From NCBI GenBank assembly GCA_965214635.1, contig OZ243964.1, forward strand, positions 2,572,764 through 2,636,763: a DNA stretch of 64,000 bases. Direction: 5' to 3'. This DNA is from Dehalococcoidia bacterium (GTDB lineage Bacteria; Chloroflexota; Dehalococcoidia; Lucifugimonadales; JADFKI01). A program made the translations under genes and the position numbers. Under the pieces are notes generated by a model. That model ran no database searches, was not told the origin of the DNA, and worked only from the letters and a program-made list of their open reading frames with translations. Below, piece by piece: positions 33,312 to 43,804 of this stretch; within the stretch, counting starts at the first letter, position 1, and each line of letters begins with the position of its first letter.

Positions 33312-34505
33312 CTAGCTCAGTGTCTTGATTGCGGCAGTGTGATCCCAGGGTTGCACCCACTCGTCTAATATCTCCATGCCAAAGCCGGGGGCGTCCGACG
33401 GCACGACGAAGCCGTCTTTGGGCATCGGCATACCCGGGATGGGGCAGACTTCTTCCAGCGGAACGCCGGGGTCGCTGCCCATCCAGAACTCCGCCATAGG
33501 CGATTCGGGCATTGCGAAGGCGAAGTGCTGCCCGAAGGGTGTGCCTGCGCCTGCGTGTGGGATGGTGGCGATGCCCGCCGCCTCCGCAATGGTGTATATC
33601 TTCACCGCCTCGGACAAGCCGCCGCACCACTTGATGTCGGGTTGGGCGATGTCTATGGCGCGATGCTCCACTAGCTGGCGAAATGCGTGCCGTCCGTGAT
33701 GGTCTTCGCCGGTCGCCAGCGGCACCCAGTTGATAGCCTTCTTCAACTCTATGTGCCCCTCTAGGTCGGTGGGGATGAGCGGCTCTTCCAGCCAGCGCAG
33801 CCCGTACTTGCGAAGCCGCTCCGCCACCCTCACGGCGAACTCCACATTGAAAGACATCACCGGGTTGTACATCAGCTCCACATCGTAGCCCACCTCGTCG
33901 CGCGCTCTGCCGATGTGCTCGTCTAGGATGTTCAGCCCGTCTATGCCCTCTTCATAGTGGACTGGGTTGCTGACCTTGAACGCCGTGAAGCCGAGTTCCT
34001 TCGACCAGTCGAGATCGTCCGATGTGCAGTATAGCTTGACTTTGTCGCGGCATGGCCCACCAAGCAGGCGATAGACGGGTTGCTCCAGCAGCTTGCCCTT
34101 CAAGTCCCATAGGGCGAGGTCGATGCCACTTTGGGCGACGGTGGCGATGCCGCCTGCGCCAAACCGCTGCGTAGAGCGCCACATTAGGTCGTTTAGAAAC
34201 TCGGTGGCGAAGCAGTCGCGCCCTTGCAGCAGCGGCGCAAAGTGATAGTCCACCAGCGCCGCCGTCAGCTCGCCGAAGCTGCACTGCCCAAGCCCGTATG
34301 TGCCATCCTCGGCGACGACCTGCACCCAGATGTCTTCGCGCGTGTTTGCGCCCGGCATGTGTCCGTGCATGCGCGGGAACTCTGGGTACTTGTTGATGGG
34401 CAGGGCGCGCCTTGCGTGGGTGTTCCAATTGGGGCGGCGCGCCTCAGTCTTGGGCGGCGTGCGCGGGATGTTGACGGATACGGCGCGAACCTGCTTGATT
34501 TTCAT
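33312..34505 (-). CDS. Mandelate racemase/enolase-superfamily sugar-acid dehydratase (L-rhamnonate dehydratase-like)
   Basis: SGIDLALWDLKGK, PVYRLLGG, WLEEPL, ATGEDH, QPDIKWCGG, IPH. Confidence 0.82.
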   Translation of the reverse strand: MKIKQVRAVSVNIPRTPPKTEARRPNWNTHARRALPINKYPEFPRMHGHMPGANTREDIWVQVVAEDGTYGLGQCSFGELTAALVDYHFAPLLQGRDCFATEFLNDLMWRSTQRFGAGGIATVAQSGIDLALWDLKGKLLEQPVYRLLGGPCRDKVKLYCTSDDLDWSKELGFTAFKVSNPVHYEEGIDGLNILDEHIGRARDEVGYDVELMYNPVMSFNVEFAVRVAERLRKYGLRWLEEPLIPTDLEGHIELKKAINWVPLATGEDHHGRHAFRQLVEHRAIDIAQPDIKWCGGLSEAVKIYTIAEAAGIATIPHAGAGTPFGQHFAFAMPESPMAEFWMGSDPGVPLEEVCPIPGMPMPKDGFVVPSDAPGFGMEILDEWVQPWDHTAAIKTLS

Positions 34506-34783
34506 CGGCAATTTCCCCTCAATCGTACTTGTGCGGTGTGTCAGCGTGTATGCGGGGCGCAGGCTCGGCGTGCCTTCCCCACAGTGCGTTTCCATGCTCC
34601 GCTAATGGTAGCACACACGGGCGCAGAGTTCAGGGCGTGCGAGCCGTCCTCGCCGTCTTCGCTCATTGGGATGGAACGGCGTTGTTGTAGGCGAATATGC
34701 CCCCTTTTGCTGTGCGAACAGCCGGCGGCAGGTGTGATATTCTTTTCCCCAGAGCGGACTGAAAGATTTTGGCATGCTGGCAT

Positions 34784-35554
34784 ATGACCGAGCATCGTAG
34801 CATACGGCTGACGACAGAGGGATACGGTGAGCGTGCGGCGCTGGACACGGCGGTGTCGCGCGCGCTGCTGCGGCAGGTCGCCGACGGCGCAGAGCCGGAG
34901 ACGCTGAGGCTGTACACGCCCGCAGATGTGGTGGCGTTCGGGCCGCAAGACACACGGTCGGACGGCTATGCTGCTGCCGTCGCAGCAGCGCGCGTCGGCG
35001 GATTCGAGGCGATTGAACGGCTTGCCGGTGGGCGTGCAGCGGTGTTCCACCGCGACACCATCGCCTTCTCGTGGACGATGCCAGATACGCTCCCCCGCGC
35101 CGATGTGATGGCGCGCTTCGATGAGACGGCGAACATCATCATGCATGCATTGCGGCGGCTAGGCGTGGACGCCCGTATCGGCATGGTGGACGGGGAATAC
35201 TGCCCGGGACAGCACAGCGTCAACGCGCGGGGCGAGCGCAAGATTGCGGGCATCGGGCAGCGTCTGATACGCAGCGCCGCACATGTGGGCGGTGTGGTGG
35301 TGGTTGCGGGGAGCGAACGCATCAGGGACATCCTCACGCCAGTGTACGATGCGCTGGGCATCGCTTGGCAGCCGAGCACGACCGGCAGCATCGAAGACGA
35401 GCTTGGTAGCGCAGACTACGCCGCAGCTGCGCAGGCGATTATAGACGAGTTCGCTGCTCGGTACGCCCTGTACGAGGGCGCAATCTCATCCGATACCATA
35501 CGCATTGCCGAAACCTTCGAGCACGAACACCTGCCGCCATACGCGGCTAGCTAG
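34784..35554 (+). CDS. Lipoate-protein ligase/octanoyltransferase-family protein
   Basis: RLAGGRAAVFH, GEYCPGQHSV, KIAGIGQR. Confidence 0.8.
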   Translation: MTEHRSIRLTTEGYGERAALDTAVSRALLRQVADGAEPETLRLYTPADVVAFGPQDTRSDGYAAAVAAARVGGFEAIERLAGGRAAVFHRDTIAFSWTMPDTLPRADVMARFDETANIIMHALRRLGVDARIGMVDGEYCPGQHSVNARGERKIAGIGQRLIRSAAHVGGVVVVAGSERIRDILTPVYDALGIAWQPSTTGSIEDELGSADYAAAAQAIIDEFAARYALYEGAISSDTIRIAETFEHEHLPPYAAS

Positions 35555-35637
35555 ACGGTCAGTTCGTCCGGCTGCGGATAAGGCTGTTCGCTTATCCGTG
35601 CTGCCATTCTTGCGAAGGCGAGGTATGCCAGCCCGAC

Positions 35638-36039
35638 TTACTCATAAATCATCCATTCCAGCAGGTTTTCGTCGGGGTCGCGGGCGTATAGGCTGACGGC
35701 GGGCTTGTGTCGGAGGGCACCCCTGCGTTGCCCCGGGCCTGCGATGATTTCCACGCCGGCGTCTTGGAGCATCTGCTCGCATTCCTCGGCGCTGCCGTCC
35801 CACACGAAGCAGATGTCGGCGCTGCCGGGCACGGCGGTTGGCCCGCGCAGGCTTGCGGTGTAGCCCTCGGGGTGCACATTTATCTTGGAGTTGCCCACCT
35901 GTATGGATATGATATGTGCCTTGCCTGCGCGCCATTCCGCCTCGTCGTTTATCGTGAAGCCGAGCCGCTTATAGAAAGAGATGAGCCGCTCGATGTTTGC
36001 CGTGGGCATCGCGATGTGGTCTATGCCGACCGTTGCCAT
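35638..36039 (-). CDS. VOC/glyoxalase-family protein
   Basis: IDHIAM, KINVH, PGSADICF, SLYARDPDENLLE; AAGGAG SD. Confidence 0.85.
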   Translation of the reverse strand: MATVGIDHIAMPTANIERLISFYKRLGFTINDEAEWRAGKAHIISIQVGNSKINVHPEGYTASLRGPTAVPGSADICFVWDGSAEECEQMLQDAGVEIIAGPGQRRGALRHKPAVSLYARDPDENLLEWMIYE

Positions 36040-36362
36040 AGTGGACTCCTTCGTGGGTGTTGGGGTGGGTATAGGATATATGGATATATGCACGGTTGTT
36101 GGCTGTTCGGGGGCAAGCCACCTGTCTGGCAGCAGCGCTAATTTGGGTGTAGGTTACAGTGGCTCGATGTTTAGTGCAATGGGGCGATATGCTCTATCCC
36201 GTGTTCACCGCCGATTGGGCACATCTGACGGGGTTGGGAATTGGCTAATGCGGCGCTGTCGCTTATAATGTGTGGGGTGCATGGGGGATACTTGCGAGTT
36301 CAATGGCGCACTAACCCTGCATTATCGTACGGATAGACCTGTAAACTGAAAGACGGAACAAG

Positions 36363-37115
36363 TTGGACGAAAACCGCCTGCGTGCCATCCTGCGTAACTA
36401 TAAGGGCGACGGGATCAGCGAGGATGATGTCGTATCGCGCCTGAGAGACCTGCCATACGAAGACTTGGACTTTGCGAAGGTTGACCACCATCGCGCTCTG
36501 CGTAAGGGCTTCCCTGAGGTGGTGTTCGGGCAGGGCAAGTCGCCTGACCAGATTGCGGGCATATCCGCTGCGCTGCTCCGTCGATCAGACCGCCTGCTCG
36601 TTACCCGCGCAAACCAGAGCGCCTACGACGCTGTCGTCGCCGACATCCCGGACGCCAAGTATCACGAGATGGCGCGCTGCATCGTAGTGGATCGCCGTCC
36701 GCCCGCTGAGCGCAAGACCACACCCGGCGTGCTTGTGGTGTGCGCCGGCACCGCCGACCTGCCTGTGGCGAGCGAAGCGGTGGTTACGGCTGAGGCTATG
36801 GGCTGCGAGGTTGAGCGCGTGTTCGATGTGGGCGTGGCGGGCATCCACAGGCTTTTGGCGCAGATGCCATCCTTACAGAGGGCGCGCGTGGTGGTCGCCG
36901 TGGCGGGCATGGAGGGCGCTCTGCCGAGCGTGGTCGGCGGGCTGGTGGAAGTGCCGGTCATCGCCGTTCCCACCAGCGTGGGCTACGGCGCAAGCTTCGA
37001 CGGGCTGGCAGCGCTGCTCGCTATGCTCAACAGCTGCGCCACAGGCATCGGCGTGGTGAACATCGACAACGGCTTCGGCGCAGGGTTCTTGGCGGCGCTT
37101 ATCAACAAGAGATGA
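36363..37115 (+). CDS. larB: Nickel-pincer cofactor biosynthesis protein LarB
   Basis: DHHRALRKGFPEVVFGQGK, AGTADLPVA, DVGVAGIHR, AGMEGALPS, PTSVGYG, VVNIDNGFGA. Confidence 0.93.
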   Translation: MDENRLRAILRNYKGDGISEDDVVSRLRDLPYEDLDFAKVDHHRALRKGFPEVVFGQGKSPDQIAGISAALLRRSDRLLVTRANQSAYDAVVADIPDAKYHEMARCIVVDRRPPAERKTTPGVLVVCAGTADLPVASEAVVTAEAMGCEVERVFDVGVAGIHRLLAQMPSLQRARVVVAVAGMEGALPSVVGGLVEVPVIAVPTSVGYGASFDGLAALLAMLNSCATGIGVVNIDNGFGAGFLAALINKR

Positions 37116-37368
37116 GCGGCAGCAAACAGCCATTCCCACACTCAGCCGTCAAGCGTCGTTCCCAGCCTTGCACATCGGTTCAGACGGCATTCTTGTGTGC
37201 GTGTGTGTTGCCATGCTTCACCGGCATTTGTGTATCGGGCACGCTGTGGGAGCGAGAAAATCGCCATGCGAAAAATCTTACATAATGCCCTGCAACATCC
37301 CGATGAAATCGCCCCAATGCGACCCTCACTCTGATAAACTTGACCGGCTTGTAACATAAACGGCTGAT

Positions 37369-39096
37369 ATGCTGCCGGGGGATGATGAAATGGATTTGAC
37401 GGCGCAAATAGACAACTTCGTGGAGCAGCTCCCCAGCGTTTGGCAGGCGGATGCGTGCGGCGTAACCCGCTCGGAGACGCCGATACCCGTGCTGTTGCAC
37501 ACCGACGCATATGTGCCGGACACGAGCCGCACCCGCGTGCTGCTGATAGCCGGGCTTACGGGCGCCACTGCGGATGTGGAGTGCGCCTTTGATGTGCTGC
37601 AGTCCTATGTGGATAGAGGCGCGCCCATCCAGAGTGACATCGCGCTTAGCGCCATACCATGCGGCAACCCCAGAGGGCTTGCGCTCGGTGTGCTACTGAG
37701 CAACGGGTCGAGCGGTAACCCGTCCAAGGGTTACCCGCCACAGGGGCGTTTCTATGACGACCCGCACGAACCCGAAGCGCGCTACCTGTGGCGCTGGATA
37801 GGCTTTAATGCTCCGGATGTGGTCTTGGAGGTGTGCGAGGGGCACAATGTGCGCTGGGAGTTTGCAGGGCCTATCAAGCGCATAGCAGATGCCCTCAACG
37901 CCTATCCGATAACGGGCAACGGTTCGCTCACGAGCGCACTTGCGTCCGAGACGCAGAATAACCTTGCTGCCATTCCCACGCTTTCGCTCACCTGCCCGAA
38001 GAGCGCTCTCATCGCAGAGATCGACAGGCTTTGGCGGCTGCTTGCGCCGGAGTCTGCGCTGCGGTCGTCGCCGGCGCGCAGCAGTTTGGACAGGCGGCGG
38101 GAACGCACCCCGCTTGAGACGGCGCATACGCTGGCAAAGTCATACGGGCATGCGCTCAATCCGGTCATCTACACGCAGGGCGTTGCGCTGAGCGGCAGGC
38201 TGCGCCTTGCCGAGCTAGATCCGGATGCGCCAAGCCCGGCAGCGGACATCGAGCGACTCGTGAAAGGCTATGCCTCTTGCACGATACAAGAGGCGTTCGG
38301 CGAGAGCAACGGAGGCGCTAACCTCGCCGGGCTGGTGTGGGCGGACGAATTGGCTGATGCCACCGATGATCCACATTACACCGACCTGCTCGTGAGCGTG
38401 GCAAACAGCCGCTACCGCCCCGCGATCCCCGGCGACATCCCGCCGGCGTCCGACGCCGACTATCGCGTGGAGGATATGTTCTTCGGCGCTGCAGTGCTCG
38501 GGCGGGCGCAGCGCGTTACCGGCGACGCAAGCCTGCTGGACATCCACACACGCTTTTTGCTCGACGCCAATGTGCAGCAGGAGAATGGCCTGTTTTGGCA
38601 CTGCCGCGATGCAGAGTGGTTCTGGGGCAGGGGCAATGGCTTCGCCGCGCTGGGATACGCCGAGACGCTGACATATCTGCCCTCCGACCATCCCGACCGC
38701 AGGCGTCTCAGAGAGCAGCACCGCCGCCACCTCTCTGCGCTCAAGGCGTATCAACAGCCGTCCGGAATGTGGCGGCAGATTATCGACTTCCCCGGCTCAT
38801 ATCAAGAGATGACGGCGACCTGCATGATAGGCTATGCGTTGGCGCGCGGGATAAGGCGGGGCTGGCTCGATGCCACCGACTATGAGGACACGCTTGCGAT
38901 GGCGTGGCAGGGCGTCAACGAGCGCATCGACGATGAGGGCGGGCTGGTGGATGTGTGCACAGGCACGGGCGTCCAAAGCAGCACCCGCGATTACCTCGAC
39001 AGACCCGCAATCTTTGGCTGGGACGAACGCGGCGGCGCAATGGCTCTGTGGTTCGCCTGCGAGATGGAGCAGTATCTGCGTCATCGGAGCGAATAG
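37369..39096 (+). CDS. Fusion of degenerate M14 carboxypeptidase-like domain and GH88/GH105 glycoside hydrolase
   Basis: N-terminal VLLIAG, IPCGNPRG, EPEARYL...PDVVLE; C-terminal GLFWH, FWGRGNG, YQQPSGMWRQIID, EMTATCM; start may be 37390. Confidence 0.72.
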   Translation: MLPGDDEMDLTAQIDNFVEQLPSVWQADACGVTRSETPIPVLLHTDAYVPDTSRTRVLLIAGLTGATADVECAFDVLQSYVDRGAPIQSDIALSAIPCGNPRGLALGVLLSNGSSGNPSKGYPPQGRFYDDPHEPEARYLWRWIGFNAPDVVLEVCEGHNVRWEFAGPIKRIADALNAYPITGNGSLTSALASETQNNLAAIPTLSLTCPKSALIAEIDRLWRLLAPESALRSSPARSSLDRRRERTPLETAHTLAKSYGHALNPVIYTQGVALSGRLRLAELDPDAPSPAADIERLVKGYASCTIQEAFGESNGGANLAGLVWADELADATDDPHYTDLLVSVANSRYRPAIPGDIPPASDADYRVEDMFFGAAVLGRAQRVTGDASLLDIHTRFLLDANVQQENGLFWHCRDAEWFWGRGNGFAALGYAETLTYLPSDHPDRRRLREQHRRHLSALKAYQQPSGMWRQIIDFPGSYQEMTATCMIGYALARGIRRGWLDATDYEDTLAMAWQGVNERIDDEGGLVDVCTGTGVQSSTRDYLDRPAIFGWDERGGAMALWFACEMEQYLRHRSE

Positions 39097-39249
39097 GGCT
39101 GCGCTCATTCACCGGTGCGTATGACAGACGCTCTATCGCTTGGCGGGATACCTGTGGGCTGGGTGCATAGTGCGCCGACCCGCATCTACCCTATCCTGTA
39201 AATGGGCGAAGTCACTGTGCGCGCAACCCTAATTCTTCATTCCTAGCCC

Positions 39250-40044
39250 CTACACCCACGGCCAAGGCACATCGCGGTATGGGTCTAGCATGGGCAGTTT
39301 GCGGCGCTGTAAGAGGTATTCGAGGCGCTGACACATGGCGTCCATCTCTTGCGGGGCTATGAGCGCAGACAGGGCGCAAGACAGGCTGTCCGACGGCTCT
39401 TGCAGGCGCGCTTCAAGGGAGGCTAGGTCGTCTAGCAAGGCGTCCGGCACAGGCTTGCCCCAGTACTCCACCATCACTGTGCGGAGCTTGAACATCGGGT
39501 GGAATGTCAGCCCGTGGTCGATGCTCCATAGCGCACCGGCTTCGTCCAGCAGGCAGTGTCCCGCCTTGCGGTCGCCGTTGTTCGCCAGCACATCGAATAC
39601 AGCGAACTTGGCGAACTCGTCGGCGTGTTCGTCCGACTCAATCAGGTCGAAGTAGGTGGTGTCCGGGTCGCAGTCGATATACATCTGCATGGAGCCGATG
39701 CCGTACGGCCCGTCGCGCACCAGTGTGTACGGCACATTCGGCCAGCCGAGGGCGCGGCTCAGGACGAATGCGGCGTATTCGCGCTGGTAGAGCGTGCCGG
39801 ATGGGTAGTCGTAGAGCGGGCGCTCGCCGTCGCGGGGCTTGTAGATTGCGCGGATGCAGTTGCCTTCGCCGGCGTCCAAGTGCACCATGAAAGTGTAGTT
39901 GGAGCCGTAGCGCATGCGGTAGCCGCCCAGCACTTCGGCGCACTCCAACAGCGGAATGGCGTCCGCCTCCGTCATCTGTACGGGCGTGGCATCAATCGGC
40001 TGTGGCTGCGGTCGTCGGCTGTAACGGCGTCTTCGTGAAGGCAA
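39250..40044 (-). CDS. SCO1664-family (PI3/4-kinase-like) protein
   Basis: GSNYTF, AIYKPRDGERPLYDYP, REYAAF, DGPYGIGSMQ, NNGDRKAGH, IDHGLTFH. Confidence 0.87.
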   Translation of the reverse strand: MPSRRRRYSRRPQPQPIDATPVQMTEADAIPLLECAEVLGGYRMRYGSNYTFMVHLDAGEGNCIRAIYKPRDGERPLYDYPSGTLYQREYAAFVLSRALGWPNVPYTLVRDGPYGIGSMQMYIDCDPDTTYFDLIESDEHADEFAKFAVFDVLANNGDRKAGHCLLDEAGALWSIDHGLTFHPMFKLRTVMVEYWGKPVPDALLDDLASLEARLQEPSDSLSCALSALIAPQEMDAMCQRLEYLLQRRKLPMLDPYRDVPWPWV

Positions 40045-40269
40045 TTTTTCTCAGCCCGTCAGTCGGTCTTGAGATTAAGGGGCGAATGGCTGCGGCTTTC
40101 ACGCTCCCAACCGACATGAACATCAGATGGGTGAGGGGACTTTGTGGACGCTCTGCCGCAGGGTGTTAAGCTCAATTGGGCATACTTTGGTAAGAAAGGG
40201 CGACTGCCGACAGTGCAGGATGAATCTAGCACGCACGGCTGGCTGATGCGGCGACTGTGCTGTGCGCGG

Positions 40270-40779
40270 CTACTCAGTGAGCTTGGCGTGTCCGTTTGCG
40301 CGGGGACAGATGTGGCCGTCTGGGTCTATGGGTCTGTTGCAGAGCGGGCACATCGGTCTGCCGGCGGCGCAGACGCGGATGGCTTGTTTGGCGAACTCCT
40401 CCATCTGGCGGCGCGTGGCCCATATGCGTACGGTCGCCGCTTCGTCGTCTATCTCTGCGACATCGTGTGCGTCTATGAGGAACATCTTGCTGTTGTTGTC
40501 TAGCCCGAGCGCCAGCCTGCCTATCTTGAAGTTCAGGTTCGTCAGCCCCGGCGCCTCGCGCTCCGGCGGGATGTCGCCCTCCACCCCTTGGTCCGGCAGG
40601 CTCGCCATAAGCTGCTGGATGCCCCTGGCAAGCTCTTGCAGGTGCTCTTTTTCGAGCCACAGCACAGCGCTACTGCTCTCGCTGTCCGCGCGTATGCGAA
40701 AGGTGCGCTTGCCCGGCTCGCCAATAGATTCTGGTTCAAGCCTGCTCGTGTTCGTAAACTCTATCTTTGCGTCTGCCAT
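40270..40779 (-). CDS. DUF3090-family protein
   Basis: IGEPGKRTFRI, WLEKEHLQEL, AAGRPMCPLCNRPIDPDGHICPRANGH. Confidence 0.87.
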   Translation of the reverse strand: MADAKIEFTNTSRLEPESIGEPGKRTFRIRADSESSSAVLWLEKEHLQELARGIQQLMASLPDQGVEGDIPPEREAPGLTNLNFKIGRLALGLDNNSKMFLIDAHDVAEIDDEAATVRIWATRRQMEEFAKQAIRVCAAGRPMCPLCNRPIDPDGHICPRANGHAKLTE

Positions 40780-41070
40780 GCTGTGATCGTCTGCGGTTGT
40801 CTGTCGGTCTCGTAGAGTAAGAGGTTCGTCCGTGTATCGCTAATATTATTCGCTTACCGCCGCCGCCGCAAGGGTAATTTTCGCCCACAGAATTGCAAGA
40901 TGCCCTTCCGTCGGACGGGGTTGCAGCAAATCCCTCCCCATCGGGCTGGTTGCGTAGACTGTGCGCCGCTCGGAAATCCATGCCCGCTAATGGCAGGCGA
41001 GGCTCTGCTGGGGAGAATGCGAGAATGCGGTATTGGGACAGGGTGCGGCTCAAATGAAACACTGCTGCCA

Positions 41071-41922
41071 CTAGCGCCCGCGATACTTGGGGGCGCGCTT
41101 TTCGACGAAGGCGCGGACGCCCTCTTTGTGGTCGGCGGTGCGGCGGGCGATGTTCTGTGCAGGGCCGGCGAGGCGCAGGCTCTCGGCGAGGTCTGTGTGG
41201 AGCGACCTATGCACTAGCCGCTTTATCATCGCCATTGAGTAGGTCGGGCCGGCGGCGATGCGCTGCGCCAACTCCAGCGTAACATCCATCAGCGCATCGT
41301 GCGGCGCAACCTTGCTCACCATGCCCAGCCGGTACGCCTCTGCGGCGTCTATGGCGTCGCCGGTGTATTGCAGTATGAATGTGTTACTGATGCCAATCAT
41401 GCGGGGCAGCTGCCAGCAAGAGCCGTCCGCCGGTATCAGCCCGCGCCGTATGAATGTCTCGGAGAAGCGAGCGTTCTCGGATGCGATGCGGATGTCGCAG
41501 GATAGGGCGATGCCCATCCCCAAGCCCATTGCGTAGCCGTTGACGGCGGCGATTGTGGGCTTTTGCATGTTGTGCAGCGTGAGCGGCAGGAAGCGCACGC
41601 CATCCATGTAGCTTGCGCCGTCTGCGCTCGCCGCCCATTGCTGCTCGAGATACTCCCAGGGCGTCTGGTCAGCGGGGATGGGGGCGGCGCTGCGCTGCTC
41701 GTTGGCGGTGTTCATCTGCTTGACATTTGCGCCGGAGCAGAACGACGGGTCGCGCCCCGTCAGCACGAGTGCGCGCAGCGATGAAGACGCTTCTAGCCGC
41801 TCGATTTCGGCGTTGATTTCCGCCGCCATCTCGTCGCCGATGGCGTTGCGTGTGGGCGCATCATCCATCGTGATAACCAGCACGCCGCCGCTTTCCTGCA
41901 CATCGATGTAGTCGTATCCCAA
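41071..41922 (-). CDS. Enoyl-CoA hydratase/isomerase-family protein
   Basis: FCSGAN, KPTIAAVNGYAMGLG, CDIRIAS, EGVRAFVEKRAP. Confidence 0.88.
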   Translation of the reverse strand: MGYDYIDVQESGGVLVITMDDAPTRNAIGDEMAAEINAEIERLEASSSLRALVLTGRDPSFCSGANVKQMNTANEQRSAAPIPADQTPWEYLEQQWAASADGASYMDGVRFLPLTLHNMQKPTIAAVNGYAMGLGMGIALSCDIRIASENARFSETFIRRGLIPADGSCWQLPRMIGISNTFILQYTGDAIDAAEAYRLGMVSKVAPHDALMDVTLELAQRIAAGPTYSMAMIKRLVHRSLHTDLAESLRLAGPAQNIARRTADHKEGVRAFVEKRAPKYRGR

Positions 41923-42053
41923 AGTTTTTGTCCTTCAAAGCAGATGATTAGCCGTTTAGTTCGCTAGTTACTCTTGTCAGCGTGATGCAGCGCTTGTGTT
42001 GGATGAAAGAATGGGACGCGGCACGGGAACTGGCGATTGTTGGCAACTAGAAA

Positions 42054-42494
42054 CTATCCGCTCTCTACTTTTTCCTTGAGGCAGTCGAAGAATCGGTTCA
42101 TCAGCAGGCGCGATGCGTTTCCCATCAGGCGCTGTCCCACGCGCGCCACGACGCCGGTAACCTGTGCGTCGCCCTCGATGCTGACGATGGTGCCCCCGCC
42201 GTCGTCCTCGAAGCGCAGCACGCCCTCGCCGCGCACACCGCCGCCGCCGCCTCTGCCCTGCACAATCATCCGATACGATTGCAGGTAGTCTTTGTCCGCG
42301 AGCGTAACGCTGCCGCTGTATGTGCCGCGCACAGCGGCGACTCCCACGCGCATCACCACAGCGTAGGCGTCATCGCCTGTAGGTTCGAGGTTTTGGCAGC
42401 CGGGGATGCAGGTGGCAAGCGTGTCCGCCGATAGCAGCATCTCCCAAACGCGCTTGCGCTCGGCGGCGAATCGGTATGTGCCGGATATTCTCAT
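42054..42494 (-). CDS. coxG: CoxG (SRPBCC) accessory protein
   Basis: LATCIPGC, VGVAAVRGTYSG, GVVARVGQRLM. Confidence 0.85.
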   Translation of the reverse strand: MRISGTYRFAAERKRVWEMLLSADTLATCIPGCQNLEPTGDDAYAVVMRVGVAAVRGTYSGSVTLADKDYLQSYRMIVQGRGGGGGVRGEGVLRFEDDGGGTIVSIEGDAQVTGVVARVGQRLMGNASRLLMNRFFDCLKEKVESG

Positions 42495-42654
42495 AAGCAG
42501 TTGTTATCTCGCGGTCTGAACGGCGTGGTTAGCGATTAGCGGCGCATTGTTCGTTTCGCTGCCCGCGCATTAGCCTGTTATCTGCCGCTGGTTTTTGTGG
42601 ATGTGTGCCTGCGCCAAAGCCGATAACCGGCATGCGGCTGCCGAACCCTATCAC

Positions 42655-43524
42655 CTATCCTGCGGCGTTTGCGATGGCGGCGCGGATGGCACGCTCAGCG
42701 TACACGGAAGTGAGGTGTGCGCGGTATTCGGCGGATGCGTGGATGTCGTCGTTAAACTCGATGCCGTTGCCTGCTGCGCTTGCGGCTGCGGCAATGGCAT
42801 CGTCATCCAAGCCGCTGCCTGTGAGCGCCGCCTCTGCGTCTGAGGCGCGTGTGGCGCTAGGCCCTGCGCCCGTGATGCCAATGCTTGCGCTTGTGCAGCT
42901 GCCGTCCTCCGCAATCGCTATCACCGCCGCAACGCCCACGATGGCGTAGTGCGAAGCCTTGTTGCCGAACTTGGCATACGCCGAACCGCTGCCCGACGGC
43001 TGCGCTGGGATGCGGATTTCGTTCAGGATTTCGTTAGGCTCTAGCGCTGTGGTCAGCAGGTCTACGAAGAAGTCATCTGCCGATATGCTGCGATGGCCGC
43101 CTGTGGAGCTGGTAACGAGTTCTGCGTTTAGCGCAATCGCCACGGCGGGGAGGTCGCCGGCGGGGTCGGCGTGGGCGAGCGAGCCGCCGATGGTGCCCAT
43201 ATTGCGCACCTGTGCGTCTGCCACTTGGCTTGCGGCGTCTGCAAGGACGGGGGCATTGGTGCACACAGCGTCGGATGTTTCGAGCGCAGTATAGGTGGTC
43301 ATTGCACCGATGGCGAGAGCGCCGCCATCCTCGTTGATGTAGGACAGCCCTTCTATCTTGCCTAGATCGATGATGATTTCAGGCTCTGCTAGGCGCAGTT
43401 TCATCAGCGGGATAAGGCTATGTCCGCCGGCGAGCAGTTTGGCTTCTTCGCCGTGCTCGGCAAGCAGATCAGCAGCCTCCGCTACGCTGGTTGGAGCGTG
43501 ATATGTGAATGCGCTGGTAACCAT
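42655..43524 (-). CDS. coxM: Molybdenum hydroxylase/CO dehydrogenase FAD subunit
   Basis: LAGGHSLIPLMKLR, VRNMGTIGGSLAHADPAGD, DIHASAEYR; AGGAGG SD before ATG 43524. Confidence 0.88.
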   Translation of the reverse strand: MVTSAFTYHAPTSVAEAADLLAEHGEEAKLLAGGHSLIPLMKLRLAEPEIIIDLGKIEGLSYINEDGGALAIGAMTTYTALETSDAVCTNAPVLADAASQVADAQVRNMGTIGGSLAHADPAGDLPAVAIALNAELVTSSTGGHRSISADDFFVDLLTTALEPNEILNEIRIPAQPSGSGSAYAKFGNKASHYAIVGVAAVIAIAEDGSCTSASIGITGAGPSATRASDAEAALTGSGLDDDAIAAAASAAGNGIEFNDDIHASAEYRAHLTSVYAERAIRAAIANAAG

Positions 43525-43804
43525 TTCAGCCTCCTGTTGCCCCAATTTGGGGGCATTCGTTGTGTGAACACTATTTGAATGGCAAACGCCATCGTGGCTT
43601 TGCTGCCGCATTGAGAAATTGTCCGCCGTAGATTTCGCCCCCGCATCGGGTGCTGCTTGCGCAGCGTCGCATATGGATGGGACGATGCATCTCGGGGAAC
43701 GGCGAATGGGATTCGGCGTACTATCATTTTCGCACGGACTGCGTGTGTAGGTGCTGGAGAAATGTGAGTGGAACTAGCCTGCAGCCCTACAGCATCCCAT
43801 CAGG

